Shown piece after piece: positions 46,564-61,500 of a stretch of 64,000 nt of DNA (positions are counted from its first letter, which is position 1; the number at the start of each line of letters is the position of its first letter). Location: assembly GCA_030141605.1 (NCBI GenBank), contig JAQGDQ010000382.1, positions 62,001-126,000 of the forward strand. The letters run 5' to 3'. A program made the translations under genes and the position numbers. Origin of the DNA: Tubiluchus corallicola (lineage: Eukaryota; Animalia; Priapulida). The notes under the pieces are model-generated. The model had not been told where the DNA came from and ran no database searches. It was given only the letters and a program-made list of their open reading frames with translations.

Positions 46564-49500
46564 CTACGCTGACAGGGTCATTGGGACGTGCGAGTTTGGA
46601 GTGGACGTCCCACTCTGATTAGATTGATTCGACAGCCCGTCAGTCGTACGCAATGGTTTAGCCTGCAGGCTGCGTCGTGGATCTGCAAAAATGTTAAGCT
46701 AATTATGAATCCTCAAAAATCCAAGCCTAACCAGTATCGAGTATGGCGTGTTCAGAATATTTAAGGCCCGTGTCACACAGAGAAAGCCGTAAGGAGCAAG
46801 CCGTAATCCATAATCCATAAGCTTAAGGCGTCTTCCATCTCCCGTAAGGTGCATGTCACAATCCACAGTATGAGCCTTGTTCTGTGTAACTAGCAAGGCG
46901 TTTTGCCAATGCAAGGCTAGACCCATTTATAGTATTCATAGGCGAAGTGAAGGAGAATTTGTGACATTATCTCAAATGGTCAAGAGTGATAAAGAAAAAT
47001 TTCCAACTACAATAGAATGTCAGTCAAATCATTTTAGTGGAGTAACAGATTGTCAGTCGCATACAATCGTATAATATGATTGACTTGTATGCTGCCTGCT
47101 GCATATAGTGTACATTTCTTACGTGCAACGTAGTAATACCGCTCTCGTAAATATGTGTTGAGGGTTAAAAATGTTTTTTAATGTTTATAGTACATCGGTG
47201 TTAAGAAATCTTATGATAATACGCTCATTATTCTGTTAGCAATGACCAAAATACGCCTTATGGCAAATGAAATGAATGGCCAAAATTCATTTCGCAATAA
47301 GGAACCTTATAAGCCGTTCAAAACATTTTGCATGGAATCTATAGCAGATTATGGGTGATGGCTTACGGTAGACAGAAGATAGCAAATGAATTATCTGTGT
47401 GACAGGGGCCATTGCTTAGCAGACGTTCATTTTTCATAAGGCGGCTTTTTCTCCTAGAGGCTTACGCCGTATGGATTATGTCCAGTTCTGCCTGACATAG
47501 GTCTCTAGCGTAACTTGATGGATACTAATGGTTGCATTAATGTCAATCCTAGAAACGCTCAGTTCAAACTATTCAATGCAATATGTTTTTACAATAATTC
47601 TTTATTAAAAGCTTCAATTACACAGTGAATTCCCTCTAGGACTAACCTCGATAATCAAAAAGTTCAGATGCATTTTGCGTACTGTGTACTTGAAAATAGA
47701 AATATTTTTCATCTTTGATTTTGTGTTAATGTGTAATGAAACTAGTTGCTAATATCATGCTTATGTAAAATTATGCATTTTACCACTAGATGGCACCACG
47801 GTTGTATGCGTGACAGTTATCAGCCATGTTGTCAGCCTTTTTGGTTGATTAAAGCGAATTGCTTCTTTTCAACTTAATTACTGCGTTTACAGTTATATTT
47901 AATGACAACTTGTAACATAATGCACGCATGTAAATGCAATATTGTGGTTATAAAAAGTAAGTTTTGGCAGACTTCACGGCTTTTCACCCCAACAAGTAAA
48001 AATCATGAAATCAGCAGCTCTAATACTCAATATATACAGTCCAAGCACACTACATACTATTTGCAAACTTACAGTGATAATAAAAGAAACAACAAATCTG
48101 GATGTCTGCCGGGATTAATCACATAATTACTAATGCAACATTATAACCGTTGTCAGTCATAAGACATGAAAGATTTTTATCAGATGAGCTTTAAAATGTG
48201 CAAATAAGTGATATACAGAACAATTCCAAATGACTACTGACAAGGCATAAAACAAAAAAATACACTGTTTCAGTCTGTTCAAATTTTGTTCAAACTTCCA
48301 TTGAAAACAACTAGCACAGAACATAGTCAAATTGCCATAATGTTCATAATGAAGTGACCACTTGCTTGGTCATTTGAAATGAAAAACGTTTACTGCTCGG
48401 ATACTTACCTGTACGGTAATGGATAAACCACAACATTGCTGTTAACAAGCAACCAACGACAAATGAAGTGAACGCAATGCCGACTACGGCTCCGGATTCT
48501 AGACCGATCACGCACGGCTTGCTAGTAACAGTGGGACAACCTCCTCCAACCGAATCTAGTGCAACAATTAAAAGCAATTAAATTAAATTTTAAAAAGTCG
48601 GTGTGAAATATAAAGGAATTAAAATTGGAAATACGTCGGTGGTATGATTTAACACAAATTTGAGATCTTAGCTCTAGAAAAACAGTAGGTTCGTGATGAG
48701 CAACTAAATACAAGAAAAAAATGCAGCACTTCATGCAATGCAGTTGGATTTTTGCTTAATTAAAGTTTGGTTAATCTTGCTAACCTTGGAAGAATGAAAC
48801 TTACATTTACACATGAACTAAGCACCAAACGACTGAGTATATAAATTTAATCAATGGATTATAGGACGCATTTACTGCATTGGCTAACTGGATAATTCAG
48901 AAAATGACAAAATAAACATATTTTTAAATTATGCAACATGTGATGATGCACTAATTTAAAAATCACATTACCCTCTCCTTTAATTACAGTATTTATAGAA
49001 ATTATGGTAAATGAACTTAAAGACATCCTTAAAATTTCAAAGTTGTTTGATAAAAAGTGAAAATATTTAGATGAATGTCACTTAACATTAGTACACCTTC
49101 TTTCACACAAAAATTAAAACTTCTAGAGGTACGTCACAACAAAGGACAATCATTCAAATGACAAATGTGAGGACGAAAGAAAAAGGAAGTCACAAAAAAA
49201 TCATGTTGCAAATCACGTGGAAGTCAAAGAGGCAAGATACTTTCTTGTAATTCGTGCAATGTTAACACATTCTCAAAAAGACAACTTTTTCATTGTTTGT
49301 TCATTGTCTTTTTGAGAATGTATTAACATTGCATGAATTACAAGAAAGCATTTTGCCACTTCGACTATCACGTGATTTTCTCGACTTCTTTTTTCTTTCG
49401 TATCCTCATATTTGTCACATGAATGATTGTCATTTGTTGTAATGCACTACTAGAAGTTTTAATTTTTGTGTGAAAGAAGGTGTACTAATGTTAAGTGACA

Positions 49501-52500
49501 TTCAACTCAATATTGTCACTTTTTATCAAACAACTTTGAAATATTAAGGATGTTTTTAAGTTCATTTACCATAATTTCTATAAATACTGTAATTAAAGGA
49601 GAGGGTAATGTGATTGTTAAATGAATGGCAACAAGCAAGCACCATTTTCCTCAAATTCAAAAAAGTGAAAAAGATTAACATTTCTGAAAAAAGTCAGTAC
49701 TTGGTATTGAATTTTTGTAAAATATTTCTTTCCTCGCCACCTCCAATCTTAGAAGTCTGATAATACTTTGACAATATAAACTGTAGGACATAGCCGTGGT
49801 ACAAGCTGATGCTAATCACATACAGTCCTTTTAACAACCAGTTTCAAGAATCAAATGTGGCACACTAGCCAGTAATAATTAAAATAAAAAATAAAAAGTT
49901 AACAGTTTTTTATATTTTAGTTGGTGATTAAAAACCTAATGCTGGTTTACGTTACACGTTTACTGTGCAAAATTCTTGTAAAATAAAAATATTTAAACAT
50001 TCGTTAAAATTAGTAATCCACTTTTAACTACAAAATGAAACATTAGACAACAAAAATGAAATACCTGGTAAGTCGACTTTCTGCATCATGTTTGAAAAAT
50101 GAATAGGTCCCCATACAATCCCGGAAAAGCTGTCCGCATTGCTCGACACTGTGTGTTGAGCTTTGCAGTACGAACCGAGATCAGCACACTAAGATTAAAA
50201 CAATGTAGCTAGCTAACAAAAACACGTAGACTAACGAATAAATAATCAACGAAAGAAAAATAAATATAGAATCATCAATTACGTCATCTGTTAGGAAAAT
50301 TAAAATGACTTACTGTGATTATTAGCTGATATTATTAAGTATTTAAATTCTGCAACTCTTGACATTATAGGCACGAAGTTTTTGCACATTCAGTCAATTC
50401 TAAGAAGTGAATTTGATAAATGCAAGCAATGCAATATCTACAAATTAAAGGCAAACTTGAGTATTTTTACCTATTATTGTATTTTTAGAAATGATTTATT
50501 ATTAAACTAGAAAATCCTACAGTAAATCCTTAAAAATCAGTATGCTTTCAGAGAAAGTCTTAGTAATCTGAGCCATTAATTCATTACCCTACAGGCAGAT
50601 GTCTCTGTAAGCAATGAACATCTGTGGTCTACAGGCATTCTATGCAATTCTTATCAGGCAAGCCACAGATGCTCTGGTGAACAAAGCAGAAACAGAATAT
50701 CGTAAAAATTCAGGCCTCGCATGCACATACATTTGTAAATTCGTCATAAAATGACATTCATACACACTGAGACAGGACCACTTTCTAAAATTCACTTCTT
50801 TATTGTCTCTTGTGAAGTGATTTGAAATATAATGCATGTAATACGTAAACAAGACTCAATATATTAAAACGAAAAGAAACAAAAAGTTTTCAATAATTCA
50901 GTGGTTGAACAAACAGTAAGATACATCAACAGAAGCAAATTTTGAAGAAAAAAAATGATAAGCTACCAACTTAAATGATTTGTGTTGCAATGGTATTAAA
51001 GAGACCAAGCTTGTAAAAATGCCCTGGCTGTGAAGTTTCAAGTAATAGGCCTATATACATTTGAATAAAAATGAAAGGAAAAGCTGGAAGTAAGGAAGTA
51101 AGAGTTGACGACATGATGAAATGAAAATAGAGACAATAATACAAAATCAGTAAAGTGAAATAATAATAATAATAAACGATTAACTAATAAATCAAGAGTG
51201 CAGACCATTCTTGCAAATATGTAACGTGTACACAATATGTAAACAAATTATCATTTACAGGGCACTGAATTAAAATGAAAATATTGTCCAAAGGTTCAAT
51301 GTTAAACAGATATGTTCATTGTTCAGCTACATCATTATTGCTTCACTCATTTGCTGAAGCATTTGTTTGTTTGTGCTGCACCACAATTTACCAGTTACTC
51401 AATTACTGCTTCACCATAACAGTCTGAAAACGTGCATTGACTTATGTTGTTTTAAAGAAAACAGTATAACTTGTGAAAACAGAAACTACTGTGTTATCAA
51501 GCTCAAGTCACGACATCTGTAAGTGGATGCCATTGCAAATTCCCATAACAATTATCACATTTCTCAAAAGAATGTCATTTAATCACATCCTTTTAATCAG
51601 CCTTGCACCGGAAGTATGAGACAAAACAGCAGTACAGTTCCTGCATGCTTTGTTAGTTAATTCTAGTCTCTTTGTACATAAACTTAACACGTATCTTACC
51701 CACGTTGTACATATATAATAAATGGTTATTCTTCGAGACTATACTGCTTAATTTCGGGTTGGATTGTTCATCGCGTTACACGTCTACAAATATTTCTAGG
51801 AGGAAAACCTTATAGTAAAGAAGCTAGCATTAACTCAAATGTCATACCTGTTCTACGGAATCTTGACTATGGGAATTATTTCCTGGATTACACACACTAA
51901 CTTGACAGTGAAGGTACACAGTAGCAGATCCAGGCATCCAGTATGGTGATAGTGTCAGTTTGAACTTTTGTGTTGCTGATGATGAAGACGTGTTAATCAG
52001 TTCAACCGTGTCATCCACAGGACACCTGTTTTAGATGTAGAAAATTTGTGCATGTCACTCAGAATTGACAAATACCTCTCAAGTAATGTTAAAATAACTA
52101 CAGCTTTTTAACATAATTTTACCTTTTTCTTATGATATAACGTCTATCCTGTCCATGCTGGTCATCTGCATGACTCAACCAACATTCCTGGGTTACAGCA
52201 CCCAAGCGACTGCCTGCAAAATTTAAAGAAATAATCAGTTAACTTTATATAATCAGTATATATCATTAAAATATACCTCGTTTACCAATTGTTATATCAA
52301 GTCAACTTAAGAACTACCACGTTTGCAAAATCAGATAGAGATAGCAACTGTGGTGACTATAGTGAGAATAGTATTATACTTCATCATTTTCTAATATTTG
52401 AGTGTATTAAATAAGTACGAATGACTGTTTGTCTAACAGACAAAATTACTTAGAAAAAAACAGAAAGCTTTTTAATTTTTTACTCACTACAGTAAAAGAG

Positions 52501-55500
52501 TCCTCTGAAGGCCTTAATAACAGCTAATTACAGTCTCCTTCTAATTATAGTTGTTACTAATTATAGATGTTACAAATTATAGCTGTTACTAGTTATAGCT
52601 GTGTTGTCAAACTTTCTGATGGCTTACGAATTTAATAGTTTAGTTAGCCAATGCTGCAAAACAAGGATTTGAAAGCACATGAAGCTTGTGTCTTATTGGT
52701 CAGTGATACAAAGTCATAAGGTGTTCTGACCAATTAGGACAATTGAAGGGAGAGAGGATGAATTTTCAATCCATACTTCAGTTGGCATGAATATTCAACT
52801 CATTAGATAGCAATCTCTTTCTAGTACAAACTCAATGCACATTGCACTGTGTCCCAACTTGCTATTCTATATTAAGAATACAGCAGAAGCATTTTTTCAG
52901 TGTAGGAGGTCAATATAAGTGGACATTCAAGGCACCATAAAATTAGTAAAATTAAATAAAAACCTGAATAAATTTGGCAACATTAATCTAGAAAATCTAA
53001 AATTATTTTAATTTTTATATTAAATTTGCCCATGGTAATCCAAGGTTCATGTTAAACACTTGATGCAAAACTTGGAAAATTTTGGCAGCAGTGCCAGGAC
53101 CAGAATCTAGTTCGTTAATCCTCAAGGCACAGACATTGAAGGGTATGGTCTCTTTCAATATATACACATCATCCAGAAACAAGAGAAGCAAACGAGGCAC
53201 ACAGCATTAATACTGTCCAGAACCATTTCTGCTAAGGTTATCCATTGATTTACTAGCCAGGTCCAGTGTTTATTATCTGCATACACATTCGATGAACAGC
53301 CATTGATCTTGTGGGCAAATGTCGGGCATCCAAAGAAAGTGTTAATAAACTGTTTTCTTTAAAGTGAGTTCTTCACAGCCGCAAGCAAAACACCATAACA
53401 CCAAATAGCATTTGAAAAAACATAAAGTTACAGGCAGAGCAGCTATTGCGCCAGACAACATCAATTTTCTGAATAACTGATAGACAGTAAAATAAAAGAC
53501 CAAGAAAAACCACAAGTACAAACCTTCACTAGTTGTAACTTCAACAAAAACTTCAGCTACATCCTCAATTGTGATTGGTGTTTCAAGTAGATTAATTGAC
53601 TCCAACTCATTATAAACATGTAGTTCAAATAGCCCAGCCTATAATCACATATAAAACTCATCATATAAATATAACTTGTCATATAAAAATTAAGATTATA
53701 AAAAACATTTATACTAAAATTACATAAGTATATGAACGCACAAAAAAATTATAAAATTCCCGGCCGGGTATGCGATGAAAAAATTCAACAAAAACAGAAG
53801 TATTTTTATTGTCTGCATTACCAACTTGCCATAATAACTTGATAATAACATAGCAACTTGTACTTGTATAACAATTTATCCATAGTAGATCTCAAAACAC
53901 ATGACACACCCAGCCGAGTTTTTTACATGATTAAGAAAGATTGAGTGCCATCACTAGACATTCGTTTTTTCAAAAATTTATTTCTGTCTGAGACATGATT
54001 GATTTTTTGACAATTTACATATTGCCTCAATAACAAAAACATTTCAGTGATGCAACATCAAAGTGATTAAATACAGAGTTGAAATTAGATATAGATGCTT
54101 TTGATGATAATTTCACGGTGCATAATTAAATGACGAGAATGAAAAGGAGAGTGAAAGAGTGTGTACGTGTGAGAGAAAGAGAAGAGAGAAACAGAGAGAA
54201 GAGGGGAGGAGTGAGCGAGGAGGGAGAGGGAAACAGGGAAAGCATGGGAAAGTCAAGAAAGAGCAACAAATACAGCGAGGATGAGAGAGAGAAAGAGAGA
54301 GATAGAGAGATGAGAGACGGAGGAAGGGAGGGAGGTAGGGAGGGAGAAAGGGAGAGAGACAGAGAGAGAGAGAGAACGAGAGAGAGACTGAGAGAGAGAG
54401 AGACAGCAAGTCTTATAAGCATAAGATCTTATAAAAGTAATTTGCAGCTACCAACTAAAATGAAATTATGTGAGTTTACGGCACGTGGGCTAGTATTTGC
54501 TTGCAGCAAGGTTCAAGAAATTGCACTTTATCATTTAGCAAGGCTCCATTTCACATACTGTCTAAAGTACAATTGCAAAATTCATATTTTCTAACCTGTT
54601 TTGTGCTCATTTCAGGTTTCAATAAACTGATTTTGCAGTAGTTATCAAATGAAACTTGCATGGTTGAGTCATCAATTACAGTCCATTCGTTGGACATAAA
54701 TTTAGCAGGTACTGCAACATCACGGGGCCAACGTAAGACAATCTGTGAAATAATAAAAGAATTCATGTTACTAGCAAAACCGATAAATGTTTTCAACAGC
54801 TTATTTAAATTCTTAATCATGGTTGCTTGTTAAATAATGCATTAAATATTCTTATAGTAAATAATGCACTGAAATATTATTATGCTAAACAATGCACAGA
54901 AATATTATTATGTTAAACAATGCACTGAAATATTATTATGTTAAACAATGCAATGAAATGTTGTTACGCTAAACAATGTACTGAAATATTCTTATGCTAA
55001 ACAATGCAGCGAAATATTATTATGTTAAACAATGCAATGAAATATTCTTATGTTAAACAATGCGGTGAAATATTATTATGTTAAACAATGTACTGAAATA
55101 TTATTACGTTAAACAATGCAATGAAATATTATTATGCTAAACAATGTACAGAAATATTATTATGCTAAACAATGCACTCAAATATTATTATGCATAATTT
55201 TCAATGTAAACAACACTGGCACATCAACATCAAGCCTCATGTAAATAAAATACTTGAGAGAAATACTGTTCTGGGATATTAGACTTACTTGAAAGTTCAC
55301 GAAAATGTTAGAAGGAATTAGTAATAAAAGTGGAATAAGTGTGATTAGTAAAATCACTTTAAAGCCAAGATCATTTCATTTGTGAGCTCCCAATTTGAAA
55401 GCCACTCTTCCAGCAAAGACAACGTGTATCGGGTGAAGAAAAGCAGAGCACTGTCAATTTAGGTCAGAAGTACAACAAGTTTTTACAAAAAATTAGATAG

Positions 55501-58500
55501 CCAATTGTGTGTTATTTTTTGTAAGAATATTAGTTAAACTACAGAAGTTTGAATTAGTTTAAGCAGCACGCTTATGGAAAGCCAGGATGTGCTTACAAAA
55601 ATTCGCGCAATCCGTCAATTATGTCATAATTTTCAACTGAACGGTAGCTAACACTGTGCCTGAGAATTTGTATACAGTGATAATATAAGTTAACTTAATG
55701 TGCTATAGACACAGTTTTTTTGCAAATTTCTTTGTTAAATTTTTCTATGTAAAAGTGATAACAATAAAATAAAACAAACCTGAACCACATAGACAGCTGC
55801 ATCATTGGTGGACAACTCCTGCATGCCACAACTGCCAACAGTTGCCGATAACACATAATGTGTCTGATTTTCGGTCGCTCCACAATCACGCACGCCACCC
55901 AGGGACAAATGACTCGCAGAAACGGCCAACTGACTGTTGACAACATCCTTCCTCAAAGCAAAAACCATCAATTCCAAACTGCAAACTTTTTCCAGAGCTT
56001 CTTTTAATAACTGAGAAAAAATATAAAATTTTCTACTTTTAGAAAACAGATTTTAACACAGTGATTTTAAACTTAGCTATTATACAGCACAATACAATGC
56101 ATTCAGTATAAATGCATTGTACCAGTCAGGAATCTAGAACCAATGGCTTTATCAACGTACAGGTAATCGTCGACTTACAACCTATGAAACTTACGTCTGT
56201 TCGGTGTTACGACCCGAACACAACTCAATTAATCAATTATGCAAAACCAACTATAACTCATATTTGCTTCTATATTTTGAAACAAATTATCTTCAGATCG
56301 CTGCCTGTTTTGATAAATTCACCGTAGGCACCAAGACGCTTAGTGAACGTACACACAACATCTTGCATGTAGGGGTGCATCACTTTAATAAACGGGTCCA
56401 AATCGTCTTAGGACCAATCAGACAGAACTAACTGTTGTCGTAAGTAGACAACTACCTACAAAGTACAGATATGTTTATGTTTTCCATTTATAAGGCAAAC
56501 AGACAAGTAACACAGTGGCAAGCACAGCTGCTGACAAGGAGCCGGATTCTTGATGGTCACCCATCTATTTGTTAGCTATGTCTAGCAATGCTCAACTTTA
56601 CAGCTAAACATGCCATGATCATTGAACTATTTTCCTTCACTTCAGTATTGGTTAAACCTCTCTCACAATTCTTCATATATTGGAATTTGGGACTCTTGAA
56701 TCATGATAACAAATTAATAAAACCAACTGTATTCAGTTGTCCAGAATCTTTTTATTCTACATTTTGTATCTGGGCAAATGATTATGAATTGAGACACTAG
56801 GCGGATGCACTGTGAAATATGCACAAACAATAAATCAGTGTAAATATTAAAATGCAAAATTGCAGAATGCAGATAATAATGACAGTGTTTCTGATAAAAT
56901 AGTAGTCTAAAAAGTTAATCAACGGCCTGCAAGCACAGCAAGTGGTGATGTTACAATTGAACATAATTCTGTAAGGCAGAAACTTTCTATAAGCTGAACT
57001 TTTGCACGTGTTCACAAAAGAGAAAATTGAAGTACAGTGCTATTGGTTAGCGCTGACAATAATTTACACCGATTAGGCAATCTTAAGTTTAAAAATTTAA
57101 ATTCCACGATTACGACTGTGCCAATACGCAATTTCATCACAAGTGTGTGCCACCTCATAACTGAACCGAGAGGTATGAAATGCAGCTGCTGTGGCCCATC
57201 TAACTAGCACATGTAACAGCGAAGAACTAACAGCGCAAACAAGAAACTTAACTTCTGCAGTAATAATTTTTTCACGTAATTAGTTCTTAAAAAAATAATG
57301 TTTTCCCTTTGAAAAGTTTATACGTCACAACACTTTGAGTTACGATTTTACGTTGGTTCCAGTTTTTCTTTAACATTCGTTTAATTTTGGGCTAGGTAAC
57401 AATTTTAAAGGGCTGCACGTGGCATATGAACATAGTGTCCAATCAGCAGCTATTTATCATTTTGATCTCATCTCATATAAAACACAAAGCCACACACAAT
57501 TAATAACAGTTTGCATTTATACAATAATTATACCATTACCTGCTTGACAGGAAAAGATGTTGAAGGTGGTCTACCAAATGGCAGACTAATGACCGGTCTC
57601 GGCGATGTTCTCACTGTCGATGATTGTTCTTGTTCTACATCAAATGCACTACTACCTGATACCAAATGCCGAAGTACATCTATAAGAAATGCGATCAATT
57701 ATTAATAATAAAAGAGATCATTTATTTTAATATTAACAGCGAACAAAGAGAAGCTCTGCTACAGCTTAGGCATTTCTCTATGTTTTCGCCAGAGCTGTGG
57801 AGTCGGAGTTGGCAGTAAATCCGTTGTTAAAATTGCACTTAGCTAGACTATACTCTACACATTGCTAGAGGAGTCGGCATTCGAGTCAGTGAAAATAAAC
57901 AAAGTCCGACTCCAGTTACTTTTAAAACAATTATACCTAATGCTAATGTACCTTAGGTCATGTTAAGTTAATTATATCAGCAAAAGTAAACTGCTGATTG
58001 TTATGGCTTAGGCAGCCTTTTTTACCCTGGGCAATTACAACCTGTTGGTAGATACTTATTCTTAAATATATTTACATTATGGTTTTATTTTTGCAAACAT
58101 CATTTGGTGAACATGAGCATAAGAAGTAGTCTGATGATTGACTTGGTAGTGATGAAATGCCACTGTAGCTGTACAATACAAAATATTATCTAAATGCAGG
58201 AGTCGGAATCAGAGTCGGAGTCAGAGTCGGAGTCAGAGTCGGAATCAGAGTCGGAGTTGGATCTTCTAAGATTTTAATAGTCGGAGCCGGCAGTTTAATG
58301 TACTGATTCCACAGCCCTGGTTTTCACTGATCGGGAAAGGAGTGTATGTCTAACTGTAGGCTGCACAGAAGTTTTTTAACTTAGCAATGTTGACAACATT
58401 GTATAGCGACTTGTCAGAAAATGGCAATACGAAGACATTGAAGACATAATAGACAGACTAGACAATGAAGAGATATCCCAAAAGCAACCAGACAACTCAC

Positions 58501-61500
58501 CACTATAATTTATTCCAAACGTAAATCAATACACAGTTTACATTGAGAGAATTCCACATGTAAAAGCTGGAGGAACAGCCAGATACGCAGGTTTAATAGA
58601 TAAAATTTAATACACAGTTTTAAACAAAAATAAATCGATAATAAAATACAGGAATTTTACAATGGTCACTAATCAAGTAGTTACAATAGGCATTTTTCTT
58701 GTCCATTAAAAATTTTGTACTTTAATAAAACTGATTAAGAGAAGAAAGCGAATCAATGTAATTACTAATTTAGTGGCTTCATATGCATACAGAAAACTCT
58801 ATTGTCTATTCAGATGCATCTCTCAGATAGAAGAAAAACTACAGCGAATACCACATTAAAAGAAAACAAGGTTTGGAGTACCTTGTCTATCCATGACAAA
58901 AGTTGGAGTGTACGCAGGCTCATTTTGTCGCTCTTTCACTAAAACATGAAAAGTGTTAGCTTCCTGAACAAGGGCATACGATCGTAATGTGCCGTACTGG
59001 TTAAAGATCCACTCGGTTAATCCACTGGTTGGCAGCTGCTCTGACCGCACACTCACTACAACTCCAGTTGCTTTGCTTGTATTCACCGCATTGTTAGTCT
59101 GAAAGTAGAACAAGTGAATCAAAAGTTAGAATGTGCACCATACGAACAAGAAAAAGGCTTTGCTCTCTTACACTATGTAAGGCGGTACGGTGCCACCATG
59201 TTTTTCATGAAAGAGGCAGAAGGCGGCAGACTGCCACCCAAGCTCAGCACTAGATGCAGTCACCTAGGTCTGATTATTTCACTGCCATGGCCATTCAAAA
59301 ACATGGTACAAAAGTTTAACAGCCGTGGGATTGGAGTTGCTTTGCAACAAGTAATGCTAACCAGTCAATCAGTATCAGAAGCCAGGTACATTCCACAATA
59401 CTGTATTGTATGGTACGTTCGCATGCTTTGCAACAAGTAATGCTAACCAGCCAATCAGTATCAGAAGCCAGGTACATTCCACAATACTGTATTGTATGGT
59501 ACGTTCCCATGCAAAATCACTTGCACAACTATTTGTTTATTTTTCAAGATTCTGATTTCTGTTTTAGTAACGCACCACGAGAAGTTATTGTCAAATGTTC
59601 AAAGGTCAGTGTGGCCCAGCTAAAAAGCATCAACATAGTGAAAGGGTTAAAGTGGCTTGGCAATGTTAAGCTTTCCTGACATGTTTCTATTGCTATCACT
59701 CATGTCAACCAGTGGCTGGCAATACTAGGAATGATGGCTGGCACCTTTCATAAGCCCAAATCACAAAATCATTCTTGTCAACCAGTGGCTGGCAATACTA
59801 GGAATGATGGCTGGCACCTTTCATAAGCCCAAATCACAAAATCATTCTTGTCAACCAGTGGCTGGCAATACTAGGAATGATGGCTGGCACCTTTCATAAG
59901 CCCAAATCACAATTCATTCTTGTCAACCAGTGGCTGGCAATACTAGGAATGATAGCTGGCACCTTTCATAAGCCCAAATCACAAAATCATTCTTGTCAAC
60001 CAGTGGCTGGCAATACTAGGAATGATGGCTGGCACCTTTCATAAGCCCAAATCACAAAATCATTCTTGTCAACCAGTGGCTGGCAATACTAGGAATGATG
60101 GCTGGCACCTTTCATAAGCCCAAATCACAATTCATTCTTGTCAACCAGTGGCTGGCAAAACTAGGAATGATGGCTGGCACCTTTCATAAGCCCAAATCAC
60201 AAAATCAATCTTGTCAACCAGTGGCTGGCAATACTAGGAATGATGGCTGGCACCTTTCATAAGTCCAAATCACAAAATCAATCTTGTCAACCAGTGGCTG
60301 GCAATACTAGGAATGATGGCTGGCACCTTTCATAAGTCCAAATCACAAAATCATTCTTGTCAACCAGTGGCTGGCAAAACTAGGAATGATGGTTGGCACC
60401 TTTCATAAGTCCAAATCACAAATTCATTGTTGTCAACTAGTAGGTGGTAATACTAGAATAGCCGCTTCTAAAATCAAAGTAAGCTAATATGTCAATAAGT
60501 GAAGGAAAAAAACAGCCAAGCAATTTAACTTGCTGTGGACACCCAAGAGTTATGAAAACTCATTTCCTTCTAGAAAATTTTCACTTTCCACCAAAAGAGG
60601 GCAGCAACTACACAGCAAAGGTCCTTCTGCTAGAACATTGTGACATTACTGATTCGATATCAGTAGATACTATGCCACATATTTTTTCTTGAAACAACTT
60701 TGTTGACAATTCTCATTCCTATCATTTCATATCAGTAAGTTAACCTTGAAACTTGTAGCCTATCTGAATACCAATATTATTGACAAAATAAACATTCGTG
60801 ATTATTGGGAATTTTATTACTTGTATTTTTATAACAACTGAAATGCTACATACATACAAGCTACATTACAAAAAACCCTCTTCAAAAAACTTTTTCCATT
60901 AGAGAAAGAGAAAGAAAACAAAGGGCTTACTCTCATGTATACTTAATTAAAGCTTCTATGTTTAATAGTCTAATCTTTTCATCTAAAGGACAACATTTAT
61001 AAAACCTACAACTTTTTTTCGCTTAACTACAGGCACTAATTGTCAGGAGATTTGAATGAGATGTGTGGCATGTCATTACAATGTTACTCTTAACGATTAA
61101 GATTAACCTTATCTAACTGCACCTTAGTTCAAATAAAGCTCAACTAATGAGTTTTTTTCATAATTACACACAAAGATGCTGATTATTTGTCAACTTACCA
61201 CAACAAGTAAAGAACCTGTCATGCCAGACGTAAGTACATTCCACTGTGAAGTGTTTGGAGGACCCATCAGTACCAAGACAACATCTTTTTCCACAGCATC
61301 CTCACTTGTCTTCAATTCTACTGTCAAGCTTGACGAAGGACTGACACGCAGCAGCTGAATAGCATACACCTCTCTGAAACGAGTTTACAAAATAACCGTT
61401 CATTCAATTTTTCAAAAAATTAGCTCCTAGTTGAACAGGATATGCAATTAGGAAAAGATTTACACTGTTCCTTGAAGCAGTATAAACTAGGGTGGTTCTA

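Noticed and set aside
53200-53350. Minus-strand FIN...NVYADN resembling an RT YADD motif
   Set aside because: Too short and degenerate to call a LINE fragment with confidence
54113-54594. RE-rich and LS-rich ORFs
   Set aside because: GA microsatellite
56270-56455. Possible extra exon in the TGFBR3 intron (TGTAG acceptor, protein-like stretch)
   Set aside because: Contains stops, and the flanking exons already join in phase
59703-60460. CRISPR-like appearance of the 73-bp array (also the 75-, 66- and 28-bp arrays)
   Set aside because: Units are repeated head to tail with no unique spacers, there are no cas genes, and the context is eukaryotic
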